Shown here: piece by piece, positions 57,373-64,000 of the stretch | How positions within the stretch are numbered: position 1 is the first letter of the stretch | How the letters are laid out: each line of letters begins with the position of its first letter | Source: an uncultured bacterium | GTDB taxonomy: Bacteria; Krumholzibacteriota; Krumholzibacteriia; JACNKJ01 | Assembly (NCBI GenBank): GCA_963695095.1 | Contig: CAVOFT010000001.1 | Coordinates: 352,001-416,000 of the forward strand | DNA length: 64,000 nt | Direction: 5' to 3' | Notes under the pieces: model-generated | What the model saw: only the letters and a program-made list of their open reading frames with translations | The model's database searches: none | What the model was told of the DNA's origin: nothing | Program-made: the position numbers and the translations under genes

Positions 57373-60300
57373 TTGCACGAACTGCATGGTGGGTTTGTAT
57401 CTGCGGCTGTTTGGCAGAGCATTCTCCAGAACAAGCTGGATCCGCGCTTAGACTGGCAGGGCGTGCTGCGTGCGGGTTCGAGCTTCGTAACGACTCAGGC
57501 CGGTAGTCAAGCGCCATCGCCCGACCCGTTCGCGGTCGTACTCGCTAATCTGTTGGTACGCGGACGCCCAACCCTGGCATCGCTGTTCGTCGAGGAGGAG
57601 CTTGCTCGCCGCAACTCACTCACGACCCACGGCATCGCGGGGCGGCAGCCCGGAATGGAGACTCTGCAGACGAGCTTCTTGGAGGATCTTGATCGACTTC
57701 GTCCGCTCCTCGAGCGAGCACTCCTCCTGCTGGACCGCCAACACTCGCCGGGATCGACACCTGGGTTCAAACTGCCATTATTTGACAGCGATGCAGAGCA
57801 GGCCTTCTACACCAGCACGCTACCGCAGGCATTGGGGGGAGCTGTCGCCTGGGTTGAGAGACAGCGGCCCCTCGCGACAATTGTCGAGGATAAGAGGTTC
57901 GTACATCAACGTGTGGACTTCTGCCTTGAGCTACCAGGGCAGAGGGGAGATCTCCCGCGTGGAGCCGTGATCGAACTCGACGGCCCACGAGATGCGAAGC
58001 AGCTCCAGCTAGATGCGGACCGGAATACCGCATGCCGGGGCGGCGGCTGGCTCGTGATTCGCGTTCCCTCGACGAACCCTTCTGCGATTTTCCAGGATCC
58101 CGGGCTTGAACAACTACGCGCGCATCCTGTCATGCAGCTCGTCGAATCGCTGTCCACGAATCCCCTTGAAGAAGACCCACTGGGATGCCGCGTTCTTGAC
58201 ATCGTCCGAGCTCCGCTTGGAGTTGCACGCGTCCAGCTTGCGATTGCAGACCTCTTGCTCGCCGGGCAGCTGAGCCTCCGCTCTCCAAGTTGGCGCCTAT
58301 GCATTGTCGAGCGGGACTGCCACTGCGGCGCGCTGGCCTTGACGGATCTCCGCCACTGGATCCAAGCGCTGCTTGATCTCTACGCGCCAGGGCAAGCGGC
58401 ACCCAACTTCGACCTCATGGTGGTGTCGCCCGGAGACGCGGAGACAATCGCTGTGGCGGTTCAGCAAGGTTGCGAGAGGCCGTTCGATGCTCTGCTCGAT
58501 GCCGCTGTGCTGAGCAAGTATGGCTCCGCCTCGCCAGCATTGCCTCTGATCAATGCTCGATGCGCCGTCCTGATTCGGGGGAGTTACAGGCCTTCTGTCC
58601 AACCACTTGCTCTGGCGGCGACGGACCGCATGCTCCCCGACCTCTCGGCATCGCCCGGGGAACCCCTCACGTTCTTCCTTCGCAACATCTTTCGCAAGCA
58701 TGAGTTTCGCGAGAAGCAGCTAGAGGTGATTGAACGTGCTCTGCGTCACGAGTCGACGATCGCGCTACTGCCTACGGGGGCTGGCAAGTCCCTTACCTAC
58801 CAACTCGCTGCCCTCCTCTCCGTTGGCCTAGTGCTCGTCATCGATCCGATCAAGTCGCTGATGAAGGACCAGGTGGACAATCTCGCCCTTGCAGGAATCG
58901 ACAACGCCGTCTTTATCAACTCGACCATGAGCGCTCGGGACCGGGATCGTGCAGGCCGTGCGATGGCGAAGGGCATCTACAAGTTCGTCTTCATCTCCCC
59001 AGAACGCCTTCTCATCCATAAGTTTCGGAACAAGCTGAAGTCGATGTCGCCCCACCGATTCTGCTTCTCAGTAGTCGACGAAGCGCATTGTGTATCCGAA
59101 TGGGGCCACGACTTCCGGACGGCCTACCTACGGCTCGGTTCGAACCTCCGCAAGCACTGCCTGGGGGAAGACGGAGAGATTGCAATCATGGGCTTGACCG
59201 GCACAGCTTCCTACGAGGTCCTCGATGATATCCAGCGTGAGCTTCAGTTCGACGGCTTGCCCGAGCGCCTCGTAACGCCTGCTCGCTTCGCGCGAGATGA
59301 ACTGCGCTTCAGCGTCGTGCCATTGCCTGAGTTTCCACGCGTGGCACCAGGGACATCGAAAGAGGCCATCGCTCGGGCCGTGGGGGAGGCTAAGCAAATG
59401 CACCTCCCCAGCATCCTTGAGGACATCGCAGTTCATTGCCTGATCAATGGGGTTAGCGGGCGGAGCTTCCTCCAGCTAGTGAGTCCAGCCCATCGCGACC
59501 ATGGCGCCGGGTTGATTTTCTGCCCCCACGCTACTGGGGTCTACGGAGTCGAGGAGGTCCACGAACTGCTATGCAAGCAGTATCCAGAAGGCGCTCCGTT
59601 GTTTGGCAAGTACGCTGGCAAGCTGCAGGAGACCTACGGAAGTGAGGAGTTCGTCCAGACACAGAATGACTTCAAGCAGGGCCGAGTAACCGTCCTCGCC
59701 TGCACCAACGCATTCGGCATGGGCATCGACAAGCCCAACATCCGGTTTACAGTCCATCTCAATCATCCTCAATCCATCGAGAGTTTCTACCAGGAAGCAG
59801 GTCGTGCAGGCCGGGATCGAGAACCCGCGCACTGCCGCATCCTCTACGCCGGCAGCGAGCAGCCGAATCTGCCTAGCATCGATCGCGAGCTAATGGACAG
59901 CTTCTTCCGCAGTGCTTTTCGTGGGGAAGAGGTAGAGGTAAGACTCCTCTTCGACCTTCTCGATGTGAACCGCATCGCTGAGCAGAGCAATCGCGACAAG
60001 CTCGATGCCGTTCTTACTGCCCAGGCCAGAAGGCCGATTCGTTCCAATATCTGGAGCCCCCCCGACAAGCATGTAGCGTACCTCTACATCAACGAGGCCG
60101 GTGGCGAGTACGATGTTGGTCGCTTGCAACTGCCCGATCTTCACATCCTGGTGGATTCGCGTGCTAACGAGGAGGCACCTGCGCTCCTTAAGTCGGCTGT
60201 CGACTGGATCAAAAAGGGCTGCGGCAGCACCCAAAACCCACGAGATTGGCTGCACCTGTCAACACCATGTAGAAACGAGCCTGGACTCGAGTCCCTCTGG

Positions 60301-61347
60301 GCGGCGCTTGGGCCGCGAGAGGCCTGCGACGTTTCTGTGCCATTCGAAAGCCCGGTGGCGAGGTCCCTAGCCGAATACCTCATGCCTGTACTCCCAGGGT
60401 GTACGCTTGACCATGTGCGCGAGGCACATCGTTGGTCGGCATCTCCAGAGGAGTTCGTCTCGGAGCTCGAAAGGCGGGTCGGCAGGGTTAGCGCGAAGAA
60501 GCCCCTGCGCGACGAGAAGGCCATCCGGGCTGTGAAGAAGGCCTTCTATCTAATCAGAGGGGATGCGGAGACCTTTCGGTGCGTGTATCGGCTGTCCATC
60601 CTCGGCGTCGTGGAAGACTACACCGTTGATTACAATGCCCGTAGGATCACGGCGCGCCTGCGGGGCCTCCCGCCCGGCGGGGTTTCGGAGTACCTGCAGA
60701 CCCATATCGGGCGCTACGTATCGAAGGCAGAGGCTGCACGGGTACCTGAGGAGATTCAGCAAGAAGAGGGAGCGACTGAACTTCGAAAGGCCGCCCGCCG
60801 CCTCGTGAGATTCGTGTACGAGAAAATCGCTGCCAAGCGCCGTGAAGCGATCAACACAATGGACCGGACCACGCGCGCTGGCATCCAGGACGCTGAGGGC
60901 TTCACGAACCAGATCTACTCCTACTTCGATTCCCGGTTCACCGAGGAATTCCGGCGCTATGTCCGGGAGTACGTCCCGGAAGACGTGTCGCAGCTTCTCG
61001 ATCGTGTTGGAACGGACCCATCCGATATCAGCCACCTGCTTGGCTCCTGCAATCGACTGCTGACCGAAAATCCGGACAATGCATTGCTACGATTGCTTCG
61101 GGCTTTCGCGCTTGCCCTGTCCCACGGCTATGCCGAAAGCGAAGTCGCTCGTGAACTGGCCTCCGGACTCGAGCTCGCGAGTGGGCGTGTTGATTGGCAG
61201 GAGGCGGAGTCGGGACTACTTGTCGAACTAACCGGTCGCGTCAGAGCTGCAGACCCAACAAGAGCCGCTCCCTTTGAAGCAATGCTAGTCGCGGGCCATG
61301 TAGCGTGGCTGCGCACATTCACTGCCAGCTCCCCAGCTGCACTGTGA
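57373..61347 (+). CDS. Large RecQ-family helicase with N-terminal DUF559/Vsr-like nuclease-fold region (start uncertain)
   Basis: LPTGAGKSL.YQ, DEAHCVSEWGHDFR..Y, GLTGTA, T.AFGMGIDKPN, YQEAGRAGRD; N-terminal S..E...RVDF....IELDG.....D..RN....GW.VIR. Confidence 0.88.
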   Translation: MHELHGGFVSAAVWQSILQNKLDPRLDWQGVLRAGSSFVTTQAGSQAPSPDPFAVVLANLLVRGRPTLASLFVEEELARRNSLTTHGIAGRQPGMETLQTSFLEDLDRLRPLLERALLLLDRQHSPGSTPGFKLPLFDSDAEQAFYTSTLPQALGGAVAWVERQRPLATIVEDKRFVHQRVDFCLELPGQRGDLPRGAVIELDGPRDAKQLQLDADRNTACRGGGWLVIRVPSTNPSAIFQDPGLEQLRAHPVMQLVESLSTNPLEEDPLGCRVLDIVRAPLGVARVQLAIADLLLAGQLSLRSPSWRLCIVERDCHCGALALTDLRHWIQALLDLYAPGQAAPNFDLMVVSPGDAETIAVAVQQGCERPFDALLDAAVLSKYGSASPALPLINARCAVLIRGSYRPSVQPLALAATDRMLPDLSASPGEPLTFFLRNIFRKHEFREKQLEVIERALRHESTIALLPTGAGKSLTYQLAALLSVGLVLVIDPIKSLMKDQVDNLALAGIDNAVFINSTMSARDRDRAGRAMAKGIYKFVFISPERLLIHKFRNKLKSMSPHRFCFSVVDEAHCVSEWGHDFRTAYLRLGSNLRKHCLGEDGEIAIMGLTGTASYEVLDDIQRELQFDGLPERLVTPARFARDELRFSVVPLPEFPRVAPGTSKEAIARAVGEAKQMHLPSILEDIAVHCLINGVSGRSFLQLVSPAHRDHGAGLIFCPHATGVYGVEEVHELLCKQYPEGAPLFGKYAGKLQETYGSEEFVQTQNDFKQGRVTVLACTNAFGMGIDKPNIRFTVHLNHPQSIESFYQEAGRAGRDREPAHCRILYAGSEQPNLPSIDRELMDSFFRSAFRGEEVEVRLLFDLLDVNRIAEQSNRDKLDAVLTAQARRPIRSNIWSPPDKHVAYLYINEAGGEYDVGRLQLPDLHILVDSRANEEAPALLKSAVDWIKKGCGSTQNPRDWLHLSTPCRNEPGLESLWAALGPREACDVSVPFESPVARSLAEYLMPVLPGCTLDHVREAHRWSASPEEFVSELERRVGRVSAKKPLRDEKAIRAVKKAFYLIRGDAETFRCVYRLSILGVVEDYTVDYNARRITARLRGLPPGGVSEYLQTHIGRYVSKAEAARVPEEIQQEEGATELRKAARRLVRFVYEKIAAKRREAINTMDRTTRAGIQDAEGFTNQIYSYFDSRFTEEFRRYVREYVPEDVSQLLDRVGTDPSDISHLLGSCNRLLTENPDNALLRLLRAFALALSHGYAESEVARELASGLELASGRVDWQEAESGLLVELTGRVRAADPTRAAPFEAMLVAGHVAWLRTFTASSPAAL

Positions 61348-61357
61348 GGTATGGACG

Positions 61358-62059
61358 ATGGCTGATATGTTGAGCCTTCAAGAGGCCCTGGTCCAACTTG
61401 AGCAGGAGCTCATCGCCTTTGGCACGGCCCGGAAGCAGCTAGAGGACGCTCAAAATCAAGCCGAAGATAGCCTGCGCGCCTGGGTAGAGAGAGATGCGCA
61501 GCATACCCAGGCACAAGAGCTCCTGACGGTCGTTCTCGAGGATCAGCAGCGACTGGTGACTAGGCAAGTTGACGCACTCGGGTCGCTGATGACTTCGCTC
61601 GCTGAGGTGGCCCAAGCTGTCGACGATGCTGGCTTTCCGACGCGCCTCGAGACCATTCAGACTGTTGTCGCGACCAGCCAGGCCGCGATTCAGAGCCTTC
61701 AATCACGGCTTGATCAGCTTGAGAATCATCTTGATGCGCAGCTGAAGCTCCTTGCCTCTGATGTGTCCCGTTCCCTCTTGGAGCAGCAGACGGCCTTTCG
61801 CGCCGCACTGCTCGAAGTCTCCACCGGGCTGGTGAAGCAAACGGCGGACATCCAGGCGCGGATCGACTCACAGTCTGAGCGGAATCTCAGTGAGATGGGC
61901 CGCTTGATTGCGGCAATCAGAAGCCAGCTTGCTTCGATCGAAGAGAAGGCGGAGCGGCAGCGAAAGCAGACCACTAGACTCCAAGCGGCCACGATCGCGC
62001 TTGTTGTTCTGACACTAGTTTCGGGCATGTACCTTATCTGGACGCAACTCAAAGCATGA
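61358..62059 (+). CDS. Coiled-coil protein with C-terminal transmembrane anchor
   Basis: GAGG RBS; Q/E/L-rich helices; hydrophobic tail; starts 10 bp after the helicase stop. Confidence 0.75.
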   Translation: MADMLSLQEALVQLEQELIAFGTARKQLEDAQNQAEDSLRAWVERDAQHTQAQELLTVVLEDQQRLVTRQVDALGSLMTSLAEVAQAVDDAGFPTRLETIQTVVATSQAAIQSLQSRLDQLENHLDAQLKLLASDVSRSLLEQQTAFRAALLEVSTGLVKQTADIQARIDSQSERNLSEMGRLIAAIRSQLASIEEKAERQRKQTTRLQAATIALVVLTLVSGMYLIWTQLKA

Positions 62060-62244
62060 CCTTTGACGGCTCACCCCCTGATGTCATGCAGGGCGGCAGG
62101 CCAACCTGTCGGTCCGAACATCCAGGATCCTATCCTTTGGGCACTTAGGGATGCTAACCAAGTCAACCTTGCTCGGAGGCACACTAGGAGGCGTTGGAGC
62201 GCTTCAGGTTTCCGAGTTCTCTGTCGGCCAGCAGGGCAGCCGCG

Positions 62245-63543
62245 CTACTTCCGCGCGTACCTACACTCCGCCACGCGCTCCGCCAGCCGCTTGGCCTCGG
62301 CGTCGGCCTCCGCGTGCAGTTCGGCGAGGTCGAGGTCCAGCACCTGGCCGTCCTCGAAGATCGTGCGCCCGCGGCTGACCACCCGCAGCACCTTGGCCTC
62401 GGGGTCGAGCAGGGTCGGCGTGGGCTCCATGACGACGAAGTCCGCGTCCTCGCCATCGGCCAGGCGGCCCAGCGGCCGGCCGAAGATGCTGCTCGCGATG
62501 GCCGGGTTGTGCATGAAGAGCAGCTCGCCCACCCGCCCCGGCGCCAGCGTGCCGTGGGCGATGCCGCTGTCGCGGGCGAACTGGGCCTCGGTGAGCAGGC
62601 CGCTGAGGAAGCCGTCCGTGCCGAGACCCACGTGCACGCCCTCGCCCAGCAGCGCGCCGACGTCGGCGGTGCCCACCCGGTTGTGCGCGTTCGACTGCGG
62701 GCAGTGCACGAGATAGGCGCCCATCTCGCGGATCAGCGCCGAGTCGCCGGGGCGCAGATGCACGCCATGCGCGAGCAGCGTGCCGGGGCGCAGGAGCCCC
62801 GTGGCCGCGAGCCGGTCCACCACGCTCTCGTAGCCCAGCTCGCGCGCGTGCTCCAAGTCCTCCGCGGCCTCGGCGCAGTGCAGGTGGAAGGGCGTCTCGA
62901 AGGGCAGCACCTCGAGCACCTTCTCCAGGGTCTCGTCGCTGAGCGTGAAGGAGGCGTGCAGGCCGAAGAGCGCGCGCGCCGTTTCGTCCTGCCGGTAGAC
63001 CTGCAGGGCGCGCAGGTTTTCGTCCAGGGCCTCGTCGGCGGGGTTCTCGCCGTTGCGGTCGCTCAGCTCCACGGCCAGGGCCACCTTGAGCCCCAGCGCC
63101 CGCGCCTCCTCGGCGATGATGTCCAGGCTGTCCTCGGGAATGCCCGGGCTCGAATGGTGATCGACCACCGTGGTCACGCCGTGGCGCATGGCTTCCACGA
63201 GGCCGAGGCGGGCGCTGATGCGCAGGGCGCGCTCGTCGAGCGCGCGGTCCAGCCGCCACCAGATGCTCTCGAGGATGGCGCGGAAATCCTGCGGCCGCTC
63301 GCGCGGCCAGGGCATGCGCGGCGCCAGCGCGCTGTACAGGTGCGTGTGCGCGTTGATGAAACCGGGCAGTACGCGCCTGCCGCCGAGGTCCACGCTGCGC
63401 ACGGCGGCCAGCTCCGCGGGCGTCTCGCCGTCGCCCGTGCTCACCAGCCGGCCGTTCTCGACCAGCAGCCAGGCGCCGGGGCGCGCTTCGCTCTCCACGG
63501 CCGGGCGCGTGAGCAGGCAGTTCGTGAAGAGCACTCTAGGCAT
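62245..63543 (-). CDS. SsnA-like amidohydrolase
   Basis: PGFINAHTHLYS.LA, ILE.IWWRLD.ALD, GVTTVVDHH.S, GLHASFTLSD.TL, H.H.AE, GLGTDG. Confidence 0.88.
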   Translation of the reverse strand: MPRVLFTNCLLTRPAVESEARPGAWLLVENGRLVSTGDGETPAELAAVRSVDLGGRRVLPGFINAHTHLYSALAPRMPWPRERPQDFRAILESIWWRLDRALDERALRISARLGLVEAMRHGVTTVVDHHSSPGIPEDSLDIIAEEARALGLKVALAVELSDRNGENPADEALDENLRALQVYRQDETARALFGLHASFTLSDETLEKVLEVLPFETPFHLHCAEAAEDLEHARELGYESVVDRLAATGLLRPGTLLAHGVHLRPGDSALIREMGAYLVHCPQSNAHNRVGTADVGALLGEGVHVGLGTDGFLSGLLTEAQFARDSGIAHGTLAPGRVGELLFMHNPAIASSIFGRPLGRLADGEDADFVVMEPTPTLLDPEAKVLRVVSRGRTIFEDGQVLDLDLAELHAEADAEAKRLAERVAECRYARK

Positions 63544-64000
63544 GCGGAGCCTCCAGGTAGGGGAGCAGATCGGCGGGAAGCACGGGCAGGCGCTCCACGG
63601 GCGCGCCGGTCGCCGCCCGCAGGCCGGCGAGAATGGCCGCGGCCGTGGGGATGATGGCCGGCTCGCCCAGGCTCTTGGCGCCCAGGGGCCCTTCGGGGTG
63701 CGGCGCCTCGACGATGAGCGTCTCCACGGCCGGCGCTTCGAGGCTGCAAGGGACGCCGTAGGTCGAGAGGTTGTCGCTCAGGATGCGCCCGTCCGCGGCC
63801 AGCACCACGCGCTCGCCCAGCGCCCAGCCCATGCCCTGCGCGACGCCGCCCTCCACCTGGCCCTCGACGCCCGCCGGGTTCACGGCGCGGCCCACGTCGT
63901 GGGCGGCGATCACCTTGAGCACGCGGGCGACGCCGCTCACGCGGTCCACCGCCACGCGCGCCACCTGCGTGGCGAAGGAGTAGGCGAAGTAGGCCTCGCC
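63536..64000 (-). CDS. Xanthine dehydrogenase-family molybdopterin subunit, C-terminal part (continues beyond window)
   Basis: HDVGRAVNP....GQ.EGG..QG.G.AL.E, GP.GAKSLGEP. Confidence 0.9.
   Translation of the reverse strand, partial: GEAYFAYSFATQVARVAVDRVSGVARVLKVIAAHDVGRAVNPAGVEGQVEGGVAQGMGWALGERVVLAADGRILSDNLSTYGVPCSLEAPAVETLIVEAPHPEGPLGAKSLGEPAIIPTAAAILAGLRAATGAPVERLPVLPADLLPYLEAPHA

Larger units (their letters stand above)
57100..62240. mobile_element. Lower-GC horizontally acquired island (no integrase or att repeats seen)
   Basis: Visible shift to many A/T-ending codons, between the convergent OPT and ssnA-like genes; boundaries approximate. Confidence 0.65.

Overview
High-GC bacterial chromosome segment. 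Several secreted proteins carry FlgD-Ig/T9SS-like C-terminal domains and one ends in a short 'S-F-G-x-I-K-A-L-Y' tail, which tentatively suggests an FCB-group (Krumholzibacteria/Latescibacteria-like) organism. Contents: two hybrid histidine kinases; xanthine-dehydrogenase/YgeW/YgeY/SsnA-type purine catabolism genes at three loci; a divergent transketolase; TonB-ExbBD; carAB; a DUF222-like HNH nuclease; rocD; a membrane PP2C; a Gld-like ABC system; an ECF sigma/Ser-Thr kinase pair divergent from a fibre-protein operon; an OPT transporter; and a lower-GC island with a nuclease-like/RecQ fusion. Many conserved genes are split by 1-nt indels, most likely long-read consensus errors. Most interesting: (1) a palindrome CCCGCCCCC|GGGGGCGGG with 12 copies of its core, half of them inside ORFs; (2) an unannotated sigma54-type unit encoding a 26-aa Lys/Ser/Thr peptide or an sRNA; (3) the fibre operon, whose paralogs share a near-identical 555-bp core but have different tips; (4) the RecQ island, a candidate defence system. 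All calls were made by eye from motifs; no database searches were run.
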